Assembly: GCA_965267575.1 (NCBI GenBank)
Contig: OZ254086.1
Coordinates: 2,464,001 to 2,528,000, forward strand
Source of the DNA: Calditrichales bacterium
GTDB lineage: Bacteria > Calditrichota > Calditrichia > Calditrichales > J004
Length of the DNA stretch: 64,000 bases
Direction: 5' to 3'
Both the position numbers and the translations under genes were made by a program. The first letter of the stretch is position 1. Each line of letters begins with the position of its first letter. The notes below the pieces were generated by a model that saw only the letters and a program-made list of their open reading frames with translations, searched no databases and was not told the DNA's origin. Shown piece by piece: positions 50,644 through 59,993 of the stretch.

Positions 50644-50690
50644 ATATTGGGTTTATGTGAATAGCGGTTTAAAGGACGGCGGGGAGATGG

Positions 50691-50807
50691 CGTTGAATAA
50701 TTCAACGGATTTTGCGGGGGTATGGATGAAAGTTCTGTTTAAGCCTTAAACGTCGCGGACTTAGTGTGTGTAGAATTATACAACGGTCGGTGTAAATAAA
50801 TTCAACG
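50691..50807. promoter_or_regulatory. Three related 17-bp palindromic upstream activator sites
   Basis: CGTTGAATAATTCAACG (50691), TGTAGAATTATACAACG (50769), TGTAAATAAATTCAACG (50791). Confidence 0.65.
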
Positions 50808-51098
50808 GATAAACGGCTCCAAGCCTATCAATGCGTCAAATCCGCGGTAGCAGAAAAAAATATTCAGCAGAGAAGCGCCCCAAAGCGTAATCGTGTTGAG
50901 CGGAACGCCGGATGTCCTCAAAATTTTTACAACCAGGTAGCCCATCATAAACCAATAGAAGGGGAACGAGACGATGATAAACATCAGCATCAACTGCATT
51001 TGTGTTTGCAGCCCGCTGAACAGAGCCGCAGTGGGTAATAGTGCAATCAGCACGTTGATTATAATGATGGTTTTATTAGATGTAAAAAGGCGCTTCAT
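50802..51098 (-). CDS. Small 3-TM hypothetical protein
   Basis: Hydrophobic ORF starting MKRLFTSNK; the longer ORF-track start overlaps the neighbouring gene. Confidence 0.5.
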   Translation of the reverse strand: MKRLFTSNKTIIIINVLIALLPTAALFSGLQTQMQLMLMFIIVSFPFYWFMMGYLVVKILRTSGVPLNTITLWGASLLNIFFCYRGFDALIGLEPFIR

Positions 51099-51159
51099 AA
51101 AAACTGAAACGCCTTGCTGAGACATTATAATCCAAAATGCAGTAAGGCCTAAGTGCGAC

Positions 51160-51759
51160 CTATTTGCGACGGCGGTCCAATTTAAACTGACGCCAGTAAG
51201 AGGTGTTGCCGTTTGCCAGGGGCATAATCGGCTCTTTGACATGGTGCACGTTTTCGATTGTGTAAAAGGCTTTCGGATTGCTCTGTTTGATCAGTTCAAT
51301 AAGTCCGGGCATGTCGCGGCGGCGTGCCAGGCTGAAGATGATCTTCACGGGACCGGTTGCTCCCTGCCCGTCAACAAGAGTAGTTCCAAAGCCCGCCTTG
51401 CGAAGTTTCCCGGTGAGCTTTTCCGTTTTGGCGCGACTGATGATCCGCACGACCTGGTAGCCCAGCGCGATTTTTTCCTCTATAAGGATGCCCACGAGGT
51501 TGCCAGCAGCAAAGCCCGCCGCATAAGCGATATAGCTGACGGGATTATCCAGATGCTTGAATATCTGGCTAAGCGCGATAACCCAAATAAGTACCTCAAA
51601 AAAACCAAGTATCGGCACAAGCCATTTTTCACCGCGTGACAGGTAAACAATGCGGATGGTGGCAATACTGACATCAAAAATACGTGCTATAAATATCAAT
51701 CCCGGCAAAATGACATAGCCGAAAAACGTTTCATTTGTGAATAATTCTTCCATCTCCAA
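51160..51759 (-). CDS. UPF0316 / DUF2179-DUF5698 membrane protein
   Basis: IF.ARI.DVS..T.R, GFFEVLIW, YAAGFA.GN..G..IEEK.A.G and NPKAF motifs. Confidence 0.88.
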   Translation of the reverse strand: MEMEELFTNETFFGYVILPGLIFIARIFDVSIATIRIVYLSRGEKWLVPILGFFEVLIWVIALSQIFKHLDNPVSYIAYAAGFAAGNLVGILIEEKIALGYQVVRIISRAKTEKLTGKLRKAGFGTTLVDGQGATGPVKIIFSLARRRDMPGLIELIKQSNPKAFYTIENVHHVKEPIMPLANGNTSYWRQFKLDRRRK

Positions 51760-52088
51760 ACCACTTACTTAATTAAAAACGCAGCCCATAATTTAACGCA
51801 AAATATTGTCGACTTAAACAGGCAAATATATAAAACAAGAAAGTAAAATTGGTTGCCTTTAATTCAAACTGAAATGAACGGGAATGACCATTCAGACTTT
51901 AACAAAACGGTCGCGCTGTTAGCAGAGCGCAGGTTAATAGGGCAGGCAATGTGCGCTAAATCAAATTTTAAGCGCAAAAGATAAAATCGATCTTCAGAAA
52001 GAAAACTATCCGTCGAAAAAAATAATGATCATTTAACTATAAAGCGAGTAAAAGAAATGGTGATATCTTGTTGATTAAGGAGGCAAGT

Positions 52089-52490
52089 ATGGCACGACGT
52101 CAAAACCGTTTCATATCCAACGTCTCAATTGAATGTGAAGCTGCAAAAACTGAAAGGGAGTATTCTCCGACACTTAAGAATATCAGCGTTGATGGAATGT
52201 GTTTTGCTTCCGAAACCGAATTGGCAATCAACGAAACGGTTATGATCACAATTCCAATGTTACAGCCAATGTTCCGTGTTGCCGCACGTGTGGTGTGGTG
52301 TGAGCACAACGGCCGTAATTATGATGTAGGCGTCCGTTTTATTCACGTGGAAAGCGGCTATCGCATTACGACAGTGGAAACGCTTCGCTATATCGATCAA
52401 TATCGTCGTCGCGTTTATAACTCGGAAGGCCGCCTGCTAAGCGGAGACCAGGCTTATAAAGAATTTGTCGAGAATATGCCTTTGCATTAA
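52089..52490 (+). CDS. PilZ-domain (c-di-GMP-binding) protein
   Basis: AGGAGG RBS; RRQNR (RxxxR), NISVDG (NxSxxG) and ARVVW...GVRF. Confidence 0.88.
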   Translation: MARRQNRFISNVSIECEAAKTEREYSPTLKNISVDGMCFASETELAINETVMITIPMLQPMFRVAARVVWCEHNGRNYDVGVRFIHVESGYRITTVETLRYIDQYRRRVYNSEGRLLSGDQAYKEFVENMPLH

Positions 52491-52558
52491 CCACTATCGT
52501 ATCGCCGCGTTCGTCCCTTCCCCGCCTGCCATAAGTTATTTTTCTTCTTCTATCTACC

Positions 52559-54052
52559 CTAAAATAGTCTGTTTGCCAAGCTGGCAAGATTTGATGAAAC
52601 GGAGTTGTCCGTTCTTATATGCTCAAACGACATATCATATTCCTGTCCCGCGCGCACTGCCGGCATCTTGCAGGTTTCGCCTTCGAGTATTAGCAGGCGG
52701 ATACGCCGAGCCATACGGTGGGCCAGGGTGATATCCATATTATTGGGTTGTGCTCCGCGGATGTCGCGGGAAAAAGCTTCACATATAACGCGCTGTTTTG
52801 TGTCCAGTCCGGATTTTACAAGCTCATCACGGAAATATTCTGCGGCGTTGCCCTTGTAGCCCTTTTCCTTGCGCTCGTTTTCCTTATAACCTTCAGCAAC
52901 CACAATCACCGTTTCGCTGCGCGGATTTATGGCGTTGGCAATTTTTTCAAGGTCCAGCTCGGCGTTTGGCAATACGGCCAGGTGTCCACCCGCGCCTAAG
53001 CAGGAGTGCAGCGCGTGATAACCGCCACGGGCACCCATCATCTCTATGATGTAGCAGCGGTTGTGCGTACGCGCGTCTGCCAGGTAACCGCGGATCTTGT
53101 CGGCGCCGACCTCCACGCCGGTAAACTCACCAATGCAGCTTGTACCCCAGATATCACTATCGATGGTAACGGGAATAAAAAAGAGCTGAATATCATCAGG
53201 AAGCCAGTGCGCCAGCGCTTTTATGCCTTTCAGCGTACCGTCTCCGCCGATACCAACAACAACGCGAACCTTACGATCCAATATGTTTTTGGCAGCGCGT
53301 TTCTGGATATCGTGTTCGCGGAATTCCGGATAACGCTCGGAGCGGAAATCGGCGCCACGGGCCGCGCGAAGAGGCGGGGAGAACATCACGCCGCGGATAT
53401 GCTCAAGCTGCTGGTAGCGGTCTTTGTCGTAGATCAGGCAGCGGTAATCGGTATTAAGGTTGTTGACAATCGAACGGAATCCTTCCGCGGCCACAAACAC
53501 CTGGCGGTTTGCCTTTTCGAGGTATTCTGAAATATAGGCGGTTACCGGATTATAACCCGGCGCACAGCCCCCATCCTGGATAAGCAGCACATCCATCTCG
53601 TTATAAAGCGTTTCATCATCGGGAGCAACCATGCTGTTATGCTCGGCCAGCCCGCGGTAAAACTGCCTGCTTACCGCAAGCGGAAGCTTTTTGGCATTGT
53701 TGATTGCCTCTACGGGCACTTTCAGCAATCGGCCCGGCGTACGCGAACGCATGGTGGTTGTGCGGCGCTTTTTGCCGATCATGCACATATCACCAAAAAG
53801 ATCACCGGGGTAAAAAATACGCAGCCTGTGACCAAACTTTTCCTGGCAAAATTCGCCTTCTTCAACGATATATGCGGCATCGGCTTCATCATGCTCATTA
53901 TAGACCAGCTCTTCCATGTCATATTCATATCGCGTCAAAATCGACATGAAGCTCCTGACCTGTTGATCACTCATATAGTGCAGCACAAGCGCTTTTTTTA
54001 AAATCTTCTTGATTGACTCGTCTGCCTGATCAATCGGGTATTCCCGTGGCAT
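52559..54052 (-). CDS. 6-phosphofructokinase (PfkA family) with N-terminal cyclic-nucleotide-binding domain
   Basis: cNMP domain: YIVEEG...PGDLFGDM....RTTT. Pfk domain: GGCAPGYN, IGGDGT, P.TIDSD, IEMMG, VAEG and RGA.P...D. Confidence 0.85.
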   Translation of the reverse strand: MPREYPIDQADESIKKILKKALVLHYMSDQQVRSFMSILTRYEYDMEELVYNEHDEADAAYIVEEGEFCQEKFGHRLRIFYPGDLFGDMCMIGKKRRTTTMRSRTPGRLLKVPVEAINNAKKLPLAVSRQFYRGLAEHNSMVAPDDETLYNEMDVLLIQDGGCAPGYNPVTAYISEYLEKANRQVFVAAEGFRSIVNNLNTDYRCLIYDKDRYQQLEHIRGVMFSPPLRAARGADFRSERYPEFREHDIQKRAAKNILDRKVRVVVGIGGDGTLKGIKALAHWLPDDIQLFFIPVTIDSDIWGTSCIGEFTGVEVGADKIRGYLADARTHNRCYIIEMMGARGGYHALHSCLGAGGHLAVLPNAELDLEKIANAINPRSETVIVVAEGYKENERKEKGYKGNAAEYFRDELVKSGLDTKQRVICEAFSRDIRGAQPNNMDITLAHRMARRIRLLILEGETCKMPAVRAGQEYDMSFEHIRTDNSVSSNLASLANRLF

Positions 54053-54070
54053 CGTCCTTTCTCCAATCCT

Positions 54071-56587
54071 TTAAAATTTTATCGAAACCGGTTTAACGTT
54101 CCATATTTCTTCAGCATACTGCTTGATAGTTCTGTCGCTGCTGAAATAACCCATATAGGCCGTGTTGAGAATCGACATGCGTGTCCAGTGGTCAACGTCT
54201 TTAAAGGCCCTGTTAACTTTCTCCTGGCATTCAATGTAAGCATCAAAATCGGCCAAAATCATATAATGATCGTTATTAAACAGGCTTTCAATGAGTGGCT
54301 TGAACGTATCGCTGTCGCCATGCGAAAAAGTGCCGTTTGCGATCATATCGATCACTGTGCGCAATTCCTCGTTCTTTTCCAGGTAGTGATGGGGATTGTG
54401 TCCCTCTCGCCGCCTCCGTTCCACCTCATCGGCCTGCAGGCCAAAGATGAATATGTTTTCATCACCCACGGCGTCTTTTATCTCAATATTTGCTCCATCC
54501 AGCGTGCCTATTGTGACGGCGCCGTTTAAGGCAAATTTCATGTTGCCCGTACCGGATGCCTCCATGCCCGCCGTTGATATCTGCTCGGAAAGGTCTGCCG
54601 CGGGGATGATTTTCTGCGCCAGTGTAACCGAATAATTGGGTAGAAACAGCAGCTTCAGCTTATCGCTTGTTTGCGGGTCGTTGTTGATTACCTCGGCCAC
54701 ATTATTAATCAGCCTGATAATCAGCTTAGCAGTGAAATAACCCGGCGCCGCTTTGCCTGCAAACAGTACCGTGCGCGCGGGAACATCCAGATCGGGCTGT
54801 TTCTTGAGGCGGTTGTAGAGCGTTACCACATGCAACAAATTGAGGAACTGCCGCTTGTACTCATGTAGACGTTTTATTTGCACATCGAACATGCTGTCCG
54901 GATTCAGTTCCACATTAAAATTTTCCTTGATGTATTTGGCCAGATGGTGCTTGTTCACTTTCTTGACCGATTTCCAGGCCTTGCGGAATTCTTCATCGTC
55001 CACATGCTTGCCCAGTTCCTGCAGCTTGAACAGGTCTTTCATCCAGGCGTCGCCGATGCGCTGCTGCAACAGGTCGCTCAGTTCCCAGTTGGCAAGCATC
55101 AGCCAGCGCCTTTGGGTTACGCCATTTGTTTTATTGTTAAGCAGTTTGGGATACATGGCATGAAAATCGTGAAATACCCGCTGCCGCAGGATATCCGTGT
55201 GCAAGGCGGCCACACCGTTTACCGAGTGGCTGCCCACGATCGCCAGGTTAGCCATGCGAACGCGCTTTTCCTCACCTTCCTCAATAAGCGATACCCGCCG
55301 CAACCGTTCGATGTCATCAGGGTAAAGACGGATCACGCTATCAAGGAAACGGCGGTTTATCTCATAAATAAGCTGCATGTGACGCGGCAGGACATATTCC
55401 AGCATCGGTACGCTCCAGCGCTCCAGAGCCTCTGCCAGGATCGTATGGTTCGTATAGGCAAAAGTCTTTTTGGTGATCTCCCAGGCCTTTTCCCAGGTCA
55501 GCTTTTCCTCGTCCAGCAGAATGCGCATCAGCTCCGGAATGCAAAGGGCCGGGTGTGTGTCATTCAGTTGAACGGCGACTTTGTCGGGAAAACGCTGGAA
55601 GTTGTTTTTATGGATTTTTTTAAAGCGCCGCACAATATCCTGCAGCGTCGCCGATACCATGAAATACTCCTGTTTCAGCCGCAGCTCTTTGCCGCGTAAA
55701 ACATGGTCGTTTGGATAAAGTATTTTGGAAATCGTTTCCGATTCGATCTGCTCCAGCACGGCACGGTCGTATTCGCCGTGGTTAAAATAGGCCAGGTTGA
55801 ATTCACGCGAAGATTTGGCGCTCCACAGGCGCAGGTTATTCACCGTATTGTTTTTGAAACCGGGAATCGGAGTGTCATAGGCCATGGCCACAACATCTTC
55901 CGTATCCACCCATTTGAAGGTATTGCGGCCGCCGTCGTCTTTGTACTCCACTACTTTCCCGTAGAAGCGAACAGGATAGATATATTCGGGCCGCTCAATT
56001 TCCCAGGGGTTGCCATAACGCAGCCAGTTGTCGGGCGATTCCACCTGCTCGCCGTTTACAAAGCGCTGTTGAAACAAACCGTATTCGTAGCGAATGCCAT
56101 AACCGTAAGCGGGGAGCTCCAGGGTTGCCATGGAGTCCAGAAAGCAAGCCGCGAGGCGTCCCAAACCACCGTTTCCCAAAGCCGGATCATCTTCCATATC
56201 GCGCAGCAGTTCCAGGCGAAAGCCTAGTTCGTGCAATGCGTTATACATATTATGATAGAGCCCGAGGTTGAGCAGGGCATTACCCAGCGTGCGGCCCATC
56301 AAAAATTCCATCGATATGTAATAGACCCTCTTGGCATCTTCGCGGTAATAGGTCTGCTGCGTGGCGATCCAGCGTTCTATGAGGCGGTCGCGAACAGTTA
56401 GTGCCGCGGCTTTAAAGCAATCGCGCTCTGTTGCGGAAAAGCGGTCTTTGGCCAGCGAGAACTCCAGATGGTCGACGAAGGCGCTTTCCAGCGCGCTTAC
56501 GTCCATGCCTTTTAGGCGGTTGGTGCTTGGCGAAAGCTTTGCGAAAGGGACATTACGTGTTTTAGCTGTTTTGGAATTTTGTGCCAT
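54071..56587 (-). CDS. glgP: Glycogen/starch phosphorylase
   Basis: LGNGGLGRLAACF, QLNDTHP, KRLHEYKRQ and EASGTGNMK (PLP lysine). Confidence 0.97.
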   Translation of the reverse strand: MAQNSKTAKTRNVPFAKLSPSTNRLKGMDVSALESAFVDHLEFSLAKDRFSATERDCFKAAALTVRDRLIERWIATQQTYYREDAKRVYYISMEFLMGRTLGNALLNLGLYHNMYNALHELGFRLELLRDMEDDPALGNGGLGRLAACFLDSMATLELPAYGYGIRYEYGLFQQRFVNGEQVESPDNWLRYGNPWEIERPEYIYPVRFYGKVVEYKDDGGRNTFKWVDTEDVVAMAYDTPIPGFKNNTVNNLRLWSAKSSREFNLAYFNHGEYDRAVLEQIESETISKILYPNDHVLRGKELRLKQEYFMVSATLQDIVRRFKKIHKNNFQRFPDKVAVQLNDTHPALCIPELMRILLDEEKLTWEKAWEITKKTFAYTNHTILAEALERWSVPMLEYVLPRHMQLIYEINRRFLDSVIRLYPDDIERLRRVSLIEEGEEKRVRMANLAIVGSHSVNGVAALHTDILRQRVFHDFHAMYPKLLNNKTNGVTQRRWLMLANWELSDLLQQRIGDAWMKDLFKLQELGKHVDDEEFRKAWKSVKKVNKHHLAKYIKENFNVELNPDSMFDVQIKRLHEYKRQFLNLLHVVTLYNRLKKQPDLDVPARTVLFAGKAAPGYFTAKLIIRLINNVAEVINNDPQTSDKLKLLFLPNYSVTLAQKIIPAADLSEQISTAGMEASGTGNMKFALNGAVTIGTLDGANIEIKDAVGDENIFIFGLQADEVERRRREGHNPHHYLEKNEELRTVIDMIANGTFSHGDSDTFKPLIESLFNNDHYMILADFDAYIECQEKVNRAFKDVDHWTRMSILNTAYMGYFSSDRTIKQYAEEIWNVKPVSIKF

Positions 56588-56753
56588 ATATGTGTCTCTT
56601 TGTGATGTTTTACGGGTGTTAGCGGGTAGTATCGGAAGATTTGCTGAAACTGTTTATTAAGCCCTTTAATTTTTAAGGGACAAATATACAAATCGTTTAA
56701 AAGCGATACCTCATATTGAATCAGCAGAATCCAAAATTAAACTTCGATCACGA

Positions 56754-57470
56754 TCAGCTTCTTGCCCGGCGATAGGCGCTGCGCACTGCTTCCAGGGTAC
56801 GGTAGCCGAAAACGCCAAATTCACGCTCGGCGTTAAAAACCTCCAGCCCGCTGCGCTGATTGTAGTCCTTCTGAAAGCGGATAAGAGCGTCATGGGTTGA
56901 AGGACGCGCACCGTCGATGGGACCGTTGTAAAAGTCAAGATCGCGCATAATCTTCTGGATTAGCTTAAAGGCGTCTTCCTTCTCCGTGCTGTCCAGGCGC
57001 AGTGAAATGTTGGAGCCGAATTCGGGGATCATTTTTTCCAGCAGGAACAGGCGGTGGGCGTAATGCTTACGCTGTGTTTGCAGCTCTTCGCTTTCTGCAG
57101 CCAGGTTGCGGATAGTATCAATGGCAGCAGACGGTTCGATGCCGGACGGGAAACGCTTGTTATCCAGCAGTGTCAGGTTGCCCGTTGCGATGCTGGTCAA
57201 TTGAAGATCATCCAGTTCTTCGCAGCAGGCTTGCGCGGAGGGATCGCTTATTTCTCCTTCATCGCCATTGCCGTAAACCTGTGCAGCAAAACCAATCACG
57301 CATAAAACAACAGAAAACGCCATGAACGTATAGGTCGCTTTTATGATGGATGAACGCGGTTCACGCTTTTGCTCCTGCGCCAACAGACGAAACGCCAGCA
57401 GCGCCAGCAAAAAGCCCAGACCTATAACACCGTAACCCAGTATATCATAGGGATTCACATTTTCAAACAT
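56754..57470 (-). CDS. 2-TM protein with C-terminal peptidoglycan-binding-like domain
   Basis: N-terminal TMs; IQ..M..L.FYNGPIDG...T..AL..FQK...G.FG..T. Confidence 0.65.
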   Translation of the reverse strand: MFENVNPYDILGYGVIGLGFLLALLAFRLLAQEQKREPRSSIIKATYTFMAFSVVLCVIGFAAQVYGNGDEGEISDPSAQACCEELDDLQLTSIATGNLTLLDNKRFPSGIEPSAAIDTIRNLAAESEELQTQRKHYAHRLFLLEKMIPEFGSNISLRLDSTEKEDAFKLIQKIMRDLDFYNGPIDGARPSTHDALIRFQKDYNQRSGLEVFNAEREFGVFGYRTLEAVRSAYRRARS

Positions 57471-57638
57471 GTCGCCTCCGCGTTGGACAGGACAATCGGT
57501 ATAGAAACAAACAACGTGATATCAGACGCAGTTTAGGGATGGGAGGGATGCGGTGCAAGGGAGATATTGAACTTGCATTTGCTAGCCAGGAAAGTGTATA
57601 ATTGTACACCCTTTGATGGAAATATATAAAATGATTGT

Positions 57639-58700
57639 ATGAGCGATTTTAACAAACCCTTTATCATAAAAGGCCGGGGCAGCGCGCATAACCCGGCCAA
57701 CCGTTTTGAAAAAATAGATTACGTGCCCGACGACGATGTGGCCGGGGAAGAGCAACGCCCTCCAACGCGCTTTTTCCAGGACACTTCCAAATCGCTTATC
57801 TCCTACAACCAAAGTCCGGACGTAGGCGTGGATGCGTTTATAAATCCCTACCGTGGCTGTGAACATGGCTGCGCCTACTGTTATGCGCGTCCCTACCATG
57901 AATATCTCGGGCTCTCCGCGGGTCTGGATTTTGAAACGCAGATCTTTATTAAGGAAGATGCTCCAAAATTGCTGCGCCGCGAGTTGAGCCATCCCAAATA
58001 CAAACCGCAGCCGATCGGCCTGAGCGGCATTACCGATCCCTACCAGCCGGCGGAAAAACATTTCCGGCTGACGCGTGGTTGTCTGGAAGTGCTGGCTGAA
58101 TTCCGCAATCCGGTGGGCATAATTACCAAGAACCATCTTGTAACCCGGGACATTGATTTGTTGCAGGAACTGGCCCGCCATGATGCCGTGGCCGTGGCGG
58201 TTTCTGTCACCACGCTGGATAATGACCTATCCCGCAAACTTGAGCCGCGCACCAGTTCTCCTCAGCGCCGCCTGGAAGCTATCCGCAAACTAGGTGATGC
58301 CGGTATCCCCACGCGTGTGATGGTTGCCCCGGTGGTGCCGGGTCTTACTGACCACGAAATGCCGGCTATTCTGAAGGCGGTTGCCGGGGCCGGGGCAAGC
58401 CACGCTACGTATATCATGATGCGCCTTCCACATGGCGTGAAAGAGCTGATGGAATCGTGGCTGGAGCGCCATTTCCCGGATCGCAAGGAAAAGGTGCTTA
58501 ACCGTGTCCGCGATCTGCGCGAAGGCGAATTATATAAAAGCGACTATTTTAAACGGATGAAGGGCACGGGCGTATTTGCCGAACAGGTAGCGCAGATGTT
58601 CAAGGCCACCTGCGATAAAGTGGGCTTAAACAGGGAAAAGGTAAAATTATCAACCGCACACTTTCGCCGACCGCAGGGCGAACAGATGCGGCTGTTTTAG
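57639..58700 (+). CDS. PA0069/Rv2578c-family radical SAM protein (SPL-like)
   Basis: GRG...NP.NRF, NPYRGCEHGCAYCYAR, TDPYQPAE and C-terminal QMRLF clamp-binding-like motif. Confidence 0.92.
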   Translation: MSDFNKPFIIKGRGSAHNPANRFEKIDYVPDDDVAGEEQRPPTRFFQDTSKSLISYNQSPDVGVDAFINPYRGCEHGCAYCYARPYHEYLGLSAGLDFETQIFIKEDAPKLLRRELSHPKYKPQPIGLSGITDPYQPAEKHFRLTRGCLEVLAEFRNPVGIITKNHLVTRDIDLLQELARHDAVAVAVSVTTLDNDLSRKLEPRTSSPQRRLEAIRKLGDAGIPTRVMVAPVVPGLTDHEMPAILKAVAGAGASHATYIMMRLPHGVKELMESWLERHFPDRKEKVLNRVRDLREGELYKSDYFKRMKGTGVFAEQVAQMFKATCDKVGLNREKVKLSTAHFRRPQGEQMRLF

Positions 58701-58761
58701 AGATATATCCACTTATTATCTTGGTTTTACCACAATGGGTTCTATGAATGTTATTTGTTAT

Positions 58762-58790
58762 TTCATGAAGTAGTATGTAAATTTCATGAA
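58762..58790. promoter_or_regulatory. Candidate antitoxin operator: two TTCATGAA palindromes 21 bp apart
   Basis: 58762-58769 and 58783-58790, framed by TGTTATTT...AAATAACA, immediately upstream of the antitoxin gene. Confidence 0.55.
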
Positions 58791-58809
58791 AAAATAACAG
58801 GGGACTTTT

Positions 58810-59076
58810 ATGGCAAATTTACAGGTAAAGGATATTGACGACCGGCTGTACAAGGCCCTGAAGCAAAGGGCCAAAATGGAAAAGCGATCCTTGAGTCAGG
58901 AGGTTGTCAAAATATTGGAAGAATACCTGAGCAGACCTCAAAAGGGCTTAAATCGTGTTGAGGCTTTCCTTGAATTGTCATGGGATGACCACAGGGAGAC
59001 TGAAGAAATCATCGCTGAAATAAGGCAGCGTCACGACAGCCAAAGATTTTCAGGAAATAGCAATGTATTTGATTGA
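58810..59076 (+). CDS. FitA-like ribbon-helix-helix antitoxin
   Basis: MANLQVKDIDDRLY.ALK.RA....RSLSQEV; overlaps the PIN toxin gene. Confidence 0.85.
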   Translation: MANLQVKDIDDRLYKALKQRAKMEKRSLSQEVVKILEEYLSRPQKGLNRVEAFLELSWDDHRETEEIIAEIRQRHDSQRFSGNSNVFD

Positions 59077-59476
59077 TACTGATATTTTGGTTTACAGCTT
59101 AAAGCGGCATCCTCAGGTAATTGCCCATTTCACTGAGCGTAAAAACCTTCCCATGTCTATTTCTGTAATTAACTATGGGGAGTTAGTCTTTGGGGCTAAA
59201 AAGTCCAAATACGTTGAAAAAAATATGGCAAAAGTAAGATTTATTGCCGAGCTGTTTCCAATTATCGAAGTGTCAAAAGCCGTAATTGAAAGTTTTGGAG
59301 AATTGAAGGCTGGTCTTAAACTTGCCGGGAAGCCCATCTCTGACATGGATTTACTAATTGCTTCAACCGCAATGGTACATAATCTTATTCTTGTAACAAA
59401 TAATGTTAAGCATTTTCAACGGCTTGAAGATTTAGAGATTGAAAACTGGACACAAAAAAATCCCACCACAAAGTGA
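59063..59476 (+). CDS. vapC: VapC PIN-domain toxin
   Basis: YLIDTD, EL.FG, DLLIA and LVTNN.KHF.R...L.IENW motifs. Confidence 0.92.
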   Translation: MYLIDTDILVYSLKRHPQVIAHFTERKNLPMSISVINYGELVFGAKKSKYVEKNMAKVRFIAELFPIIEVSKAVIESFGELKAGLKLAGKPISDMDLLIASTAMVHNLILVTNNVKHFQRLEDLEIENWTQKNPTTK

Positions 59477-59484
59477 TGGGATTT
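59454..59484. terminator. Hairpin terminator between convergent vapC and the leuD-like gene
   Basis: AAATCCCACCAC-AAA-GTGATGGGATTT preceded by an A-run. Confidence 0.6.
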
Positions 59485-59492
59485 CAGAACTT

Positions 59493-59993
59493 CTAGGCTT
59501 CTTGTGCTATTAGCCTTTTCCTCGTATAGGGAATTAACCCGCCGGCATCAATAATCTCCTGCCGTGTTTTGGAGTGCGGAATCACTTCAAAGCTTTTTCC
59601 ACCGCTTTTATTTATGACTTTGTCATCTGTAATCTCCAAAGTATCACCCGCCTGCGCTTCGATCTCGGGGCACACGACGGTTTGCAGGCCCAGGTTGATC
59701 GCATTCTGCAGAAAAATACGGGCAAAGCTTTTGGCAACTATGATAAGGCCGTGGCCTTTAAGCGTACTGGCCGCCTGTTCACGCGATGAGCCGCAGCCAA
59801 AATTGGCGCCACCCACAATTACACTGCCCTCCGGCACGGCTCCATTAACCAGCTTGTTATTTAATTCCGTATCATCCGCGAAACAAAAACGCGGAGTCTC
59901 CGATGGCAATACCGTGGCCATAAAGCGACCGGGATATATTTCATCCGTAGAAATGTCGTTGCCCATTACGGCAATCACTTGTGCTGTTTTCAT
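59493..59993 (-). CDS. LeuD/HacB-type hydratase small subunit
   Basis: DISTDEIYPGR, NFGCGSSREQA, SFARIF.QNAIN.GL and GGL..Y. Confidence 0.9.
   Translation of the reverse strand: MKTAQVIAVMGNDISTDEIYPGRFMATVLPSETPRFCFADDTELNNKLVNGAVPEGSVIVGGANFGCGSSREQAASTLKGHGLIIVAKSFARIFLQNAINLGLQTVVCPEIEAQAGDTLEITDDKVINKSGGKSFEVIPHSKTRQEIIDAGGLIPYTRKRLIAQEA

Noticed and set aside
51780..52080. c-di-GMP riboswitch upstream of the PilZ gene
   Set aside because: GGCAAA and CGCAAA words are present, but the conserved stems and spacing of class I or II aptamers were not found.
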